Of a stretch of DNA of 64,000 nucleotides, positions 10,101 through 19,256 are shown piece after piece. Origin of the DNA: a virus; IMG/VR virus record IMGVR_UViG_3300043436_002883, positions 45,283-109,282 of that record. One strand, 5' to 3'. The notes below the pieces were generated by a model. The model saw only the letters and a program-made list of their open reading frames with translations, had not been told where the DNA came from and did no database searches. The translations under genes were made by a program, and so were the position numbers. How positions within the stretch are numbered: the first letter of the stretch is position 1; every line of letters begins with the position of its first letter.

Positions 10101-10525
10101 CAATATCTGTTGCAGACCCAGTATCTGCAAGTCACGCAGTAAATAAAGCTTACCTTGAAGCAGAAATTGCCGATTCGGTAGGAAGCGATATATATCCTTT
10201 AGACTCATTGTCTCAATTGTTTGATGGATATACTTCAAGATTTAAGCTAAAATTTGATGGAGTAGATTTTATTCCATCAAACCCATATAAGCTTTTTATA
10301 ACAATTAATGGTATAATTCAAATATTGGGAAACCAAGATCAGCACTGGCTCAGCGCATTGCCGTCCGAGGGGTACTTTTTAGATAATGATGGATATATTC
10401 AGTTCGGGGAACCAATTCCAGCTGGGTCATCATTTGAGGCAAAGTATATCTCAGGACCAAATACGCAAACAGTTAAAAAATCTAGATATCCGTTCAGAGC
10501 AACAGATATATTATTAGGAGATTAA
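7121..10525 (+). CDS. large fibre protein (Mtd-N-like N-terminus)
   Basis: MAIRIQLRRDTAANWTSANPVL..GE.GVETDT.KVKVG.G N-terminus; two copies of APGALDTLxELAAA and KAPLASPAL.G.PTAPT tail-fibre repeats. Confidence 0.8.
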   Translation: MAIRIQLRRDTAANWTSANPVLRAGEFGVETDTLKVKVGNGTSTWTQISSYLNITPAQLATTVTAVNAYTDAAVASLGNTASTTYVPLSDVGNIDGVASLDATGKIPDSQIPAGITRDTELSSAISTAINNLIDGAPGALDTLNELAAAINDDASYASTITTALGLKAPLASPALTGTPTAPTAAADTSTTQIATTAFAKSEADAAQAAAISEAATDATTKANAAKSGAEATAASALSLHESDTTNIHGIADTAELATKAFAAELLTNATKSNISITGDKNGLTINAENGVADSTTDALAEGGTNKYFTDDRAQDAVATALAAGTHTNISVSYDDVANSISLTGAVTYTDENAQDAIGNAVGTGLSYNDTTGAISVDPSEFALNTVGAPTGNVSLATYKITSLGTPTDSTDAATKAYVDSVTEGLHIHESVIAATTTNVNLANALENGDTLDGVTLATGNRILVKNQTTTSENGIYVVQASGQPVRAADFDTAAEVDSGDFVFVYSGTANASTGWVQTNKPATIGTDPIVFTQFSGAGTYLAGNGLSLNGNTFSINTGTTVDLNTAQTLSNKTLTSPVINGATIGGSLIPSANASYDLGSAANKFKDLYLSGTTLYLDTASMQLDSGNIQFSHSGNTTTIPVANGAHTVTTRAGIETLTNKTLTAPVINNPTGITKSDVGLANVDNTSDANKPVSTATQTALDLKAPLASPALSGVPTAPTAAANTNTTQIATTAYVQTEIADLIAAAPGALDTLDELAAALGDDANYAATITTALGTKAPIASPTFTGTVVLPNNTITNAMLAGSIENNKLVNSSITINGNAVSLGGTVTLATSAATENTLGTVYGKVTTSGVDNTSLGSLTLQNIETGTENTALGNESLRSLTEGSRNAVLGFQAGTLITSGIGNVLLGTSAGSNLVGGSNNIIIGDVVQSTTSNTSNEIIIGNNASNAFKIPGIGLSASVANYIITATDTQNLTNKTITAPTISNPNFTGPISVADPVSASHAVNKAYLEAEIADSVGSDIYPLDSLSQLFDGYTSRFKLKFDGVDFIPSNPYKLFITINGIIQILGNQDQHWLSALPSEGYFLDNDGYIQFGEPIPAGSSFEAKYISGPNTQTVKKSRYPFRATDILLGD

Positions 10526-10529
10526 GAAA

Positions 10530-13500
10530 ATGGCAAGAAAAGTATTACTAGAAACGTCTTATACGTTTACCCCATCAACAAGAACTATTTCGATTCCAAA
10601 AACAATCTTGAAAGAAAGATTGCTTTTGATCACGAACGTAACAACAAATCAGGTTATTTATAATTTTTCAGATCCAAGCTTGGGTTCAACATCATACTCA
10701 GCTACTACAAACTCTGCGATGGTAGAAAATACAACAATTGTTCTATCATATAACACTGCATCTATGACATCAACAGATAAACTTATGTTTACAATTGATA
10801 CATTTGATGAAAGCTTTACTCCAGCAGAGTCACAGCTAGACCCAGCTAACAAGTTTAGAGTTTCACAACCAAGAGCTCTTATCGACACTGATTTTGAATA
10901 CGGAACACAGACTTCTAAGTGGGAAAACCTAGGATTAATTAACAATAGACCATTTTCTTATGCAAGACCAACACCTATTGCTAATATCTCTTCTATTAAT
11001 CTCCCAACAGGCTCAAAAACAGTAACAGTTACACTCAGCTCTGGAACAGCTCCAGCAAACGGAACTCCAGTTACAATCCAAGATTCATTTTTGGCAATTG
11101 CAGATGGTAACTTTATTATCGAAAACGGCGGTGGAGGATCTAGCTTCACATATACAGCCTCTGCTATTAACAGAACAAGCATTACAGAAATCCTTGATCC
11201 AAACAAGACAATAGTTAATCAGGGAGTTCTTTTTAGCGGTGCTCAAATTGGCGGAAGTGCATCATTAACTTATTCAGGAAGAAAGATTACAGCAGTAACA
11301 TCAGTTCCTCACGGACTTGCCCTAGGAAATGAAATTGTTGTACTTGGAGCTACAGCAACAACTAATCCTCCAAATGGCAATCAAGAAGTTGCTCAGATAA
11401 TTAACACAACAACATTTGCATTCTATGTAGATGCAGCACCAACAGGAACAATTGCTGGTGGAATTGCAATTTTTGTAAGACCACAGTCTACATTTGCACA
11501 TAGACCACATGATGGTGGTGTTTTGTTTAGTGCTAACTCAGGCTCTAACTATGCACAATGCGTTCGTCAAACACGTCGCTACTTTAGATATCAATCAGGT
11601 AAGGGAATTCAGATTTCTTCAGGAACAGTTCTAAAGCCTTACGCAGGAATTGAAAATATAACATCAAATAACACAGTAGCAGTAACAGTTCAAACAAAAG
11701 AAAAGCACAATCTACAACCAGGAACAGTTATTAAAATTGGTGGATGTAATGAAGTTGCATACAATGGAACATTTACAATTACGAATGTATTAAGTGCTAC
11801 AGCTTTCCAATATCAAGCACTATCAATTCCTTCAGCCACAGTTGCAACAGGACCATTCTACGCATCAGTAGAATCTTGGTATGGTTGCCAAAATAGACTA
11901 GGTGCTTTTGATGAGCAGAATGGTTTGTTCTGGGAGTACGACGGAACTACACTTTATGCAGTTCGCAGAAGCTCAACTTTCCAGCTATCTGGTAAGGTAA
12001 CAGTTTCACAAAACTCTGCAACAATTCTACAATCTAGCGCAGAATTCCCAACATATTTCTCTAAGCAGCTAATCCCAGGAGATAAGATTGTAATCAGAGG
12101 ACAATCATATAAGGTTGTTTCAATTGCATCAGATACATCTCTAACAATTAGCCCAGCATACCGTGGAGCAAGTGCTTCAATGTGTATTGTTTCTAGAACA
12201 GATGATACAAAAATTGCTCAAAGCGATTTTAATCTAGATAAGATTGACGGTACAGGGCCTTCTCAGTACAACATTGATCTTGGAAAGATGCAAATGTTCT
12301 ACATCGACTATACATGGTATGGTGCAGGATTCGTAAGATGGGGAGTTAGAGGGCCAAAGGGTAACGTTATTTACGTACACAAGATGCCTAATAACAACGT
12401 TAATACAGAAGCCTACATGCGCTCTGGTAACCTTCCAGGTAGATATGAAAGCTCAACAAATCCACCTTACACAAAGGCAACTACAGAAATTTTAACAACA
12501 GATGCAGCGCTAACAGTTGCTTCTACAGCTGGATTCCCACCTTCAGGAACACTAGTTATAAGAAACGAAAATACTTATGAGTATGTTAACTACACAGGAA
12601 AGTCAGCAACAACATTTACTGGACTTACAAGAGGAAAAGCTGGTGTAGAAGCAGGACTAACTGTTACTATAGCAACTGGAACAAGCACTGGAACAGTAGC
12701 AAGCGCAACTGGAATTCAGGTAGGACAAAGAGTTATATCTAATGCCTTCCCTGAAGGAACATTTATTTCTTCAATTACTGGTACATCAGTTCAGTTTAGC
12801 AAAGCAGCTTTAACAGATAACCCTACTGGAGTAATTATTGCTCCAATGGGAGCCACATCCGCTCAAGCCTTTACATTTGCAGCAACTTCACCAACAATGG
12901 TTGAGTTAGCATTCCCATCATTCTCAGCATCCATATCACACTGGGGAACATCGGTAATCATGGACGGTAACTTTGATGAAGATAAGTCTCTCGTGTTTAC
13001 ATACGGACAGAGAACTGGAAACTCTATTCCAGCAGGACAATCAAGAGCACTATTTGCAATCCGTGTAGCACCTTCAGTAGATAATGGTATTGCTGCAGCA
13101 TTCGGACAAAGAGAACTAATTAACCGTATGCAGCTTACACTTAAAGCACTAGATGTTACAACGTCTCTAGCTAACGCTAACCTTCTTGTAACTGCAGTTC
13201 TAAATGGAGTTCCATCAACAACAAATGCATGGACTAATGCGGTAGGAAACGTAGCAGGAGTAGCAAACTCATCACTAGCACAGATTGTAGATTATCAAGG
13301 TAGCTCAACCACTTTATCTGGTGGAGAAACTACTGCAGGTTTCTTCGTAGGAACTGGAGCTAACTCAATCGATCTGTCAAACGTTAGAGATCTTGGAAAC
13401 TCAATTGTGGGTGGAGGATCAGTAAACTCAAATACAAACATCTACCCAGATGGTCCAGACACACTAACAATTGTTGTTGCAAATCTTGGTTCAACAACAG

Positions 13501-13544
13501 CTCCAGTGTTCGCAAGACTATCCTGGACTGAGGCACAGGCATAG
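10530..13544 (+). CDS. large virion structural protein
   Basis: 1004 aa, Thr/Ser-rich beta content, within the fibre block; AGGAG RBS. Confidence 0.6.
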   Translation: MARKVLLETSYTFTPSTRTISIPKTILKERLLLITNVTTNQVIYNFSDPSLGSTSYSATTNSAMVENTTIVLSYNTASMTSTDKLMFTIDTFDESFTPAESQLDPANKFRVSQPRALIDTDFEYGTQTSKWENLGLINNRPFSYARPTPIANISSINLPTGSKTVTVTLSSGTAPANGTPVTIQDSFLAIADGNFIIENGGGGSSFTYTASAINRTSITEILDPNKTIVNQGVLFSGAQIGGSASLTYSGRKITAVTSVPHGLALGNEIVVLGATATTNPPNGNQEVAQIINTTTFAFYVDAAPTGTIAGGIAIFVRPQSTFAHRPHDGGVLFSANSGSNYAQCVRQTRRYFRYQSGKGIQISSGTVLKPYAGIENITSNNTVAVTVQTKEKHNLQPGTVIKIGGCNEVAYNGTFTITNVLSATAFQYQALSIPSATVATGPFYASVESWYGCQNRLGAFDEQNGLFWEYDGTTLYAVRRSSTFQLSGKVTVSQNSATILQSSAEFPTYFSKQLIPGDKIVIRGQSYKVVSIASDTSLTISPAYRGASASMCIVSRTDDTKIAQSDFNLDKIDGTGPSQYNIDLGKMQMFYIDYTWYGAGFVRWGVRGPKGNVIYVHKMPNNNVNTEAYMRSGNLPGRYESSTNPPYTKATTEILTTDAALTVASTAGFPPSGTLVIRNENTYEYVNYTGKSATTFTGLTRGKAGVEAGLTVTIATGTSTGTVASATGIQVGQRVISNAFPEGTFISSITGTSVQFSKAALTDNPTGVIIAPMGATSAQAFTFAATSPTMVELAFPSFSASISHWGTSVIMDGNFDEDKSLVFTYGQRTGNSIPAGQSRALFAIRVAPSVDNGIAAAFGQRELINRMQLTLKALDVTTSLANANLLVTAVLNGVPSTTNAWTNAVGNVAGVANSSLAQIVDYQGSSTTLSGGETTAGFFVGTGANSIDLSNVRDLGNSIVGGGSVNSNTNIYPDGPDTLTIVVANLGSTTAPVFARLSWTEAQA

Positions 13545-13556
13545 GAAAACATAACA

Positions 13557-14057
13557 ATGTCTATTACTAAAGGAAAGTTTCCCTACGAAACAGATTTGCA
13601 GGTTAAATCATTATCAGTTTCTGATAACTGCGGTCTTTCTGGAATAACAACATTTTCTGGAGTAGTAAAGTTAAGTGGAACACTTGACAGCACATTGGGT
13701 AATATTCAGTTTATAGATGGGGTACAGTCAAAACAAGGTACCCCGTCTATAACACCTATATATACTAAATTTTTTAATTACACATTAAGTAATTTAAATG
13801 AAAGAGATTCCATTATCGATATGAGAATGACTGTTGCAAATACAGTAACCATTCCAGCAGATACGGTTATCAATTTCCCAGTTGGTACTACTCTTGATAT
13901 TTTACAAACAGGAGCAGGACAAACTACGGTTCAAGCAGGACCTGGTGTAGTATTAAACTTTACTCCAGGACAAAAGTTAAGATTTCAATGGTCAATTGCA
14001 ACAATATTAAAAAGAGATGCCAACACTTGGCTTTTGTTCGGAGACTTGACAGCGTAA
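13557..14057 (+). CDS. virion/fibre-associated protein
   Basis: TVTIP...FPVGT...QTGAGQTT...W.LFGDL C-terminal domain common in phage fibres. Confidence 0.6.
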   Translation: MSITKGKFPYETDLQVKSLSVSDNCGLSGITTFSGVVKLSGTLDSTLGNIQFIDGVQSKQGTPSITPIYTKFFNYTLSNLNERDSIIDMRMTVANTVTIPADTVINFPVGTTLDILQTGAGQTTVQAGPGVVLNFTPGQKLRFQWSIATILKRDANTWLLFGDLTA

Positions 14058-14073
14058 GAAGGGTATTTAAAAA

Positions 14074-15738
14074 ATGGGTAAAAAGACGGGTAGAAAAGCG
14101 CAACTTTCTGGAGATTTTGAATATCCAGTACCACCAATAAATGTAGTTGCAACAGATGTAGGAACAAATAGACCATATAACAATGGGGCTATAAATATTA
14201 CTTTTGAATACCCAACAGGCCAATTGCCTATTATAAATTACACTGCAAAGTTTACTCCTAATACTGGATCAGTAACTTATACAGATTTTTCTGCAACATC
14301 CCCAATTTTAATTACTGGAATACCTTCAGGACTAACTGGCTTTGTAACAGTAAATGCAACAAATGTAAATGGAACTTCTCAGGAGTCTACCGCAACCGCC
14401 CCTCTTTTAGTTACAACAGTTCCACAATCACCAAGAACAGTTACAGCAGTATCTAACACTACAGGTCCAGGCCATAGCACAGAAGGTACACAAACCACTA
14501 CACCAGGACAACGTGGACAAGATATTGTTTCATGGGGGCACCCAGCAACTGGTGGAAAAGATATATCAAAATATATAATTACATCTTCAGATTTAACTAC
14601 ACAGCCAGGCGGACTAGCATCACCATATGAAGCTAATTTCCCAGCAACATCTATAGCAATTAGAGAGACTATGGCAAGTGCCCAGATATATACAGTAAAA
14701 GCAGTAAACGCAAATGGAACTTCTTTAGGTTCTGCAACTGGTGAAGTTACAACATTCTTTTCACCACCAGCTTTTTTCTCCCCACCAAACTTCTTTGCGC
14801 CACCTAACTTTTTTGCGCCACCTAACTTTTTTGCGCCACCTAACTTTTTTGCTCCACCAAACTTCTTTGTGCCGCCAAACTTCTTTGCGCCACCACAATT
14901 CTTTGCGCCACCAAACTTCTTCGTGCCGCCACAGTTCTTTGCGCCACCACAGTTCTTTGTGCCACCACTATTTTTTACACCACCAAACTTCTTTACACCT
15001 CCACTATTCTTTAGCCCTCCAAGATTCTTTTCACCTCCAGGGTTCTTTAGCCCTCCAAGATTCTTTTCACCTCCAAGATTTTTTGCACCTCCAGGATTCT
15101 TTGGCCCTCCAAGATTCTTTGGCCCTCCAGGATTCTGTATACCAGCAGATACGGAGGTGCTTACTAAGGACGGATACAAAAAAGCAAAAGATATAAAGAT
15201 AGATGATATTCTTTTAACCGCTTATTTTGATAATTTGCCAGAACATTCTTCTAACTGTGCACAAGGATACATAAGCACAGACTGCATGATTCAAGTTGCT
15301 TCATGGAGAGATTCTAATTTAATTAATCAAAAAACATTAGAGTCAAAGGTTACAAATATATTCAAGGAAACAAAATCATCAGTTGTAAGAATTAATAACA
15401 ATCCTAAATATGATTTGTCATTAGTAGAACAACCTGTGATAAAAAGAGGCAATGAATATATGCTTCCAGAAGCAGCTAACCTAGAAATTGGCGATGAAAT
15501 ATTTAATTACGATAACCCTTCTGATCCAATAGTTGTTGAGTCCTTGGATCTTGTAGAAAAAGATACAGACGTATTTTTATTCTACAGAGAACCGTGGGGA
15601 CTTCTTGTGGCAGGATCAATGCTTGCATATAATGGATGCGAAACTTACAGCGAGATAGATCCAAATGATGTGGACCCTCATATTGCTGAAAATCCACACA
15701 ATGAAGAAGAGTCGGACGCAGAATTTCAGGATAACTAA
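14074..15738 (+). CDS. Fn3-like x2 + (FFxPPx)21 + Hint domain + acidic tail protein
   Basis: Fn3-type motifs (PP.NVVA, VTV.ATN.NGTS, VSW..PATGG..I..Y, YTVKAVNANGTS); repeat array; Hint block A CIPADTEVLTKDGYKKAKDIKIDD and C-terminal LLVAGSMLAYN. Confidence 0.8.
   Translation: MGKKTGRKAQLSGDFEYPVPPINVVATDVGTNRPYNNGAINITFEYPTGQLPIINYTAKFTPNTGSVTYTDFSATSPILITGIPSGLTGFVTVNATNVNGTSQESTATAPLLVTTVPQSPRTVTAVSNTTGPGHSTEGTQTTTPGQRGQDIVSWGHPATGGKDISKYIITSSDLTTQPGGLASPYEANFPATSIAIRETMASAQIYTVKAVNANGTSLGSATGEVTTFFSPPAFFSPPNFFAPPNFFAPPNFFAPPNFFAPPNFFVPPNFFAPPQFFAPPNFFVPPQFFAPPQFFVPPLFFTPPNFFTPPLFFSPPRFFSPPGFFSPPRFFSPPRFFAPPGFFGPPRFFGPPGFCIPADTEVLTKDGYKKAKDIKIDDILLTAYFDNLPEHSSNCAQGYISTDCMIQVASWRDSNLINQKTLESKVTNIFKETKSSVVRINNNPKYDLSLVEQPVIKRGNEYMLPEAANLEIGDEIFNYDNPSDPIVVESLDLVEKDTDVFLFYREPWGLLVAGSMLAYNGCETYSEIDPNDVDPHIAENPHNEEESDAEFQDN
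14755..15132 (+). repeat. 21 x 18-nt coding tandem repeat (FFxPPx)
   Basis: Counted directly: TTY TTY NNN CCN CCN NNN x21 with invariant FF and PP. Confidence 0.97.
15136..15633 (+). other. Hint (intein-like/hedgehog-like) autoprocessing domain, no endonuclease
   Basis: Cys1 at 15136; block A; LEIGDEI; block F/G DVFLFYREPWGLLVAGSMLAYN ending Asn at 15631-15633. Confidence 0.75.
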
Positions 15739-15741
15739 TCC

Positions 15742-15770
15742 TTGACTATATTACGCAAAAATGCTATTCT
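15742..15770 (+). promoter_or_regulatory. sigma70-type promoter for the oxygenase cluster, probably leaderless
   Basis: TTGACT-17 nt-TATTCT with TGn; ATG begins 7 nt after the -10 and has no SD. Confidence 0.65.
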
Positions 15771-15776
15771 TTAATA

Positions 15777-16400
15777 ATGATATACAACAAAAAACAGTTG
15801 TACCCTGGGATATGGGTATATCCTAATTCTTTTCCAAAAGAACTTGATTTAATTAATCGTATTGAAGATTGCGTATCCAGCAAAGAAACTGACTGGAATA
15901 GTGCAACTGTTTGTTTAGAAGAGACAGATAAAACATACAGGGATGCATGGGACTTTAAGATCTCTGCTCTTGGAAAATCTCACCCACTTTACAAAGATAT
16001 TTATAATTGCCAAAAAGATGCAGTTGAAGATTTTTGCAATATGTATTCAATTAAAATGGATTTTTGGGAATGGACTAATGTAGTTAAATATTACCCTAAT
16101 CAATTTTTTCAAGAGCATGCAGATGACGGGTGGTCATATAAATGTGCCGTATCTTTAGTCGGATATCCAAATGATGGTTATACTGGCGGTGGGCTATATT
16201 TTCCTAAATTTAATTTACATATAACACCAGAGATAGGGGATTTAGTTATATTTCCTTCCTCTTTTATATATTCTCACGTAGCTCTTCCAGTTGAGTCAGG
16301 AGTCAAGTATTCTTTTGTTACCATGCTAGACTACAATGATGATGCCCATACCGAAGAATATGATAGAATGATAGATAACAAACACAAGGGGAAAAAATAA
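15777..16400 (+). CDS. 2OG-Fe(II) oxygenase, prolyl-4-hydroxylase-like (1)
   Basis: HAD...YPNDGYTGGGLYF...GDLVIFPS...YSH...KY. Confidence 0.88.
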   Translation: MIYNKKQLYPGIWVYPNSFPKELDLINRIEDCVSSKETDWNSATVCLEETDKTYRDAWDFKISALGKSHPLYKDIYNCQKDAVEDFCNMYSIKMDFWEWTNVVKYYPNQFFQEHADDGWSYKCAVSLVGYPNDGYTGGGLYFPKFNLHITPEIGDLVIFPSSFIYSHVALPVESGVKYSFVTMLDYNDDAHTEEYDRMIDNKHKGKK

Positions 16401-16401
16401 T

Positions 16402-17142
16402 ATGCTTCCAAATGCAGAAACTATATATCCAGGAATTATTGTATACAGAGACGTCTTTAAAAAAGAGTACAATCTGGCAGAAAGACTAGAAAAGGTTTTA
16501 GAAAAACAAGAAAGCAAGAAGCACTGGAACCTGGCTCAAACAGGCTTTGATACACTAAATACAGATTATCGTGATGCCTGGGATTTTAAAATTAAAGAAA
16601 ATGACGGCGGATCCCTAATGTATGGCAATGGAAATCATGTTCAGCAAGAAGATCTTACAGAGGATGAAATAGAGCTAAGACAGATATGGAGAGACTCAAA
16701 AGGAGTACAGCTTAACGCTGTAGCAGATTACATGAAAATGTTTCAGCTTCCACCCTTAAACTATTGGGAATCTTTTAACTTTATTAAGTATGCAAAAAAT
16801 CAACACTTTAATGTCCATTCAGATCACGGATATTCATATGTGTGTGTGCTTTCATCAGTAGGTTATATTAACGACGACTACGAAGGCGGAGAGTTGTTTT
16901 TCGATAAGCTTGGCTTAAAGATTAAACCTAAAGCTGGAGATCTATATCTTTTTCCTTCTTCTTATATTTATTCTCATGCAGCAATGCCAGTAAAATCTGG
17001 AACTAAATATGCAATTGTTACAATGTTAGATTATCAAGAGGCTCCACACACACCTCTTTATAGAGAAATAGAGGCAGGCTATGAATATAACCATTTTACC
17101 GAAGGTAAAAAATTTATCCCAGCAGAACAAAGGGATAATTAA
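16402..17142 (+). CDS. 2OG-Fe(II) oxygenase, P4H-like (2)
   Basis: HSD...YINDDYEGGELFF...YSH...KY; clear paralog of the preceding gene. Confidence 0.88.
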   Translation: MLPNAETIYPGIIVYRDVFKKEYNLAERLEKVLEKQESKKHWNLAQTGFDTLNTDYRDAWDFKIKENDGGSLMYGNGNHVQQEDLTEDEIELRQIWRDSKGVQLNAVADYMKMFQLPPLNYWESFNFIKYAKNQHFNVHSDHGYSYVCVLSSVGYINDDYEGGELFFDKLGLKIKPKAGDLYLFPSSYIYSHAAMPVKSGTKYAIVTMLDYQEAPHTPLYREIEAGYEYNHFTEGKKFIPAEQRDN

Positions 17143-17856
17143 TTGATTAAGGTAACAGCATATGATAATTTGCAAGATACAGCTAACATAGAGCCACTCT
17201 CTGCAAAAAGAGATTGGATGGACCAGACGGAGCATAATCATGCATACAGGTGCTTTCCACTAACTCTAGCAAATCAATTAGGCTGGGGAATATCTTTTCC
17301 AGAAGATATAACTTTTATGTGGGATGGAGTAACAAGTACCTATCCACATAATGTTCAGGTTTTACAAGGACAAAAATACTGCGAAACTGGTAGAGGTCAC
17401 TCAACAATTAATTTTAAAACAAATCTAACTTTTGAAACAGAAAGTAATTACACATTGCTATCTTTCCCAGTTCCAAATATGTTTGTTGATGGAGCCCAGG
17501 CCGTAACAAGCTTACTAACAACATCTTTTTTTGGTAGCCCATTGCCAGTTGCATGGAAGATTACAAAGCCATACGTTCCAATCACAATCAAAGCTGGACA
17601 ACCAGTAATTGCAATTTTGCCAATATCTTTAACAGAGCTAAACAACTCTACTCTTGAAGTAAAGGATATAAGGCATATGCCACAGCCACACTTTGAGAAT
17701 GTTCCAACTTATGAAGGAGCAGTTGCTGCAGCTAAAGAGGCGGCAGAAAAACAAATTTGGACAGACTACTATAGAGATGCCACAGACTATCTAGGAAATA
17801 AACTAGGATCTCATGAAGTAAAATCAATTAAGCTGAAAGTCAATAAATACAAATGA
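17143..17856 (+). CDS. DUF6065-like protein
   Basis: RDWMD...AYRCFPLTLANQLGWGI...WDG motif as recalled for DUF6065; TTG start abuts the upstream stop. Confidence 0.7.
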   Translation: MIKVTAYDNLQDTANIEPLSAKRDWMDQTEHNHAYRCFPLTLANQLGWGISFPEDITFMWDGVTSTYPHNVQVLQGQKYCETGRGHSTINFKTNLTFETESNYTLLSFPVPNMFVDGAQAVTSLLTTSFFGSPLPVAWKITKPYVPITIKAGQPVIAILPISLTELNNSTLEVKDIRHMPQPHFENVPTYEGAVAAAKEAAEKQIWTDYYRDATDYLGNKLGSHEVKSIKLKVNKYK

Positions 17857-18563
17857 AAATTGTTTTTAATTCAAATAGACACTATAACAATAAAGATCTT
17901 GTTCCAAGCCCTACAAAAAATGTTATGCCAGGATGGTTTAAGAATGCTAGCAAGTACTGGAAAGATTTTGAAGGAAATGATGTAGTCGGTCCTCCAGACA
18001 ATCAAAGAGGCCCAGGCTTTAAAGCCTGTCCAGCCTTACATGATATTTTTACGACAGGATATATGCTTACAACACCATGCGACATTAATGTTTTTATAAA
18101 AGACGGATACACATTAGTGCAAGCAGAGCCAGGATTTGATGACTTTGTTTCAATTCGTTCGCACATGGGAGAATTTCATTATCCAGAAGGATATTATAAA
18201 TTTGTTTATCACTGGTATCCAAATTGGGGATTTACCCTTCCAGAAGGGTATAGCGCTTTAGTTGTACAGCCTATTAATAATTTTGAGCTGCCTTTTTTAA
18301 CGGTAGGCGGTATAATTGATAGTGATAGGTATGCCCCGCCAGGGCTAATGCCATTTTTTATTAGAGATGGCTTTAAAGGAATTATTCCAAAAGGAACTCC
18401 CTATGCACAAATAATTCCAATCAAAAGAGAAGAATGGAAATCAGAGTTTAATTTGTATACGTATCAAGAAATGCAAAAAAGACACAATGACCATGTGGCC
18501 ATATATAGAGCAAATACTGGAGTATATAAAAAAAATACCTGGGTACCCAAGAAATATGAATAG
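17853..18563 (+). CDS. DUF6065-related phage protein (possibly dUTPase-like fold)
   Basis: P.WFK, KACP...D...TGY....PCD, PEGYS, GIIDSD, IPKGTP..QIIP.KRE.W motifs; this family is often near phage 2OG oxygenases. Confidence 0.6.
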   Translation: MKIVFNSNRHYNNKDLVPSPTKNVMPGWFKNASKYWKDFEGNDVVGPPDNQRGPGFKACPALHDIFTTGYMLTTPCDINVFIKDGYTLVQAEPGFDDFVSIRSHMGEFHYPEGYYKFVYHWYPNWGFTLPEGYSALVVQPINNFELPFLTVGGIIDSDRYAPPGLMPFFIRDGFKGIIPKGTPYAQIIPIKREEWKSEFNLYTYQEMQKRHNDHVAIYRANTGVYKKNTWVPKKYE

Positions 18564-18572
18564 GAAAAATAA

Positions 18573-19256
18573 ATGGAAAACACTGTAGAGAACCCTTCGG
18601 ATATTAGAAAGCACAGAACATCAATCACGCCTTCTGGTTATTTTGGCAATGGTAAAGAAAACATTGTTGAAATAGAGAACTTGTTAACGGAAGAAGAAAA
18701 CGAATACCTTTTAAATTTTATTAAAAATAATGAAGTTTGGGATCAGGGCCAAGATGTTAAAAATGAGAATGGAACAATCATCTATCAACACAACGTATGG
18801 GCAAACCGTGTTGCAACAAGAAAATCTTTAGATGAGTCAGATCCAGCTGTTTCAGTAATGCTAGAGTCAATAATTGAAAGACTAAGAGTAATGATTGAAA
18901 AGCATTTTAATGTAGAGGTAAAGCCTACAGGCCCATGCCTTGTTAGATGGCCAGTTGGCTCTATGCAGTGGCCACACGCAGATAAAGAATTGCACGAAGG
19001 ACCAGATAAGGGAACTGCAAACAATTTTCCATGGTATGACATTGGGACAGTAATCTATTTAAATGAAGATTACGAAGGTGGTAGATTGCATTTTCCAAAA
19101 CAAGAAATTGCTTTTAAGCCAAAAGCTAGAGCGGCATATTTTTTTCCAGGTGATTTAAACTATATACATGGTGTCGATATTATTACAGAAGGAACAAGAT
19201 ACACCTCACCTTGGTTTTGGACTATAACTAAATTAGGAGAAAAAATAAATGGATAA
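18573..19256 (+). CDS. 2OG-Fe(II) oxygenase, P4H-like (3)
   Basis: HAD...YLNEDYEGGRLHF...YIHGV...RY. Confidence 0.88.
   Translation: MENTVENPSDIRKHRTSITPSGYFGNGKENIVEIENLLTEEENEYLLNFIKNNEVWDQGQDVKNENGTIIYQHNVWANRVATRKSLDESDPAVSVMLESIIERLRVMIEKHFNVEVKPTGPCLVRWPVGSMQWPHADKELHEGPDKGTANNFPWYDIGTVIYLNEDYEGGRLHFPKQEIAFKPKARAAYFFPGDLNYIHGVDIITEGTRYTSPWFWTITKLGEKING

Noticed and set aside
14755-15132. Repeat array as CRISPR, or as a DGR template/variable repeat
   Set aside because: Units are contiguous in-frame 18-mers with no spacers; variation is codon-structured rather than adenine-specific; no cas or reverse transcriptase gene is in the window.
14379-15179. 266 aa minus-strand ORF with GGAKKF/GGxKN repeats, and plus-strand alternative-frame ORF 14741-15196
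   Set aside because: These are shadow frames of the stop-free 18-nt repeat; the real protein domains (Fn3, Hint) are in the 14074 frame.
15136-15633. Mobile intein with homing endonuclease
   Set aside because: Only 166 aa, no LAGLIDADG/HNH motifs, the +1 residue is Gly, and it is not inserted in a conserved enzyme.
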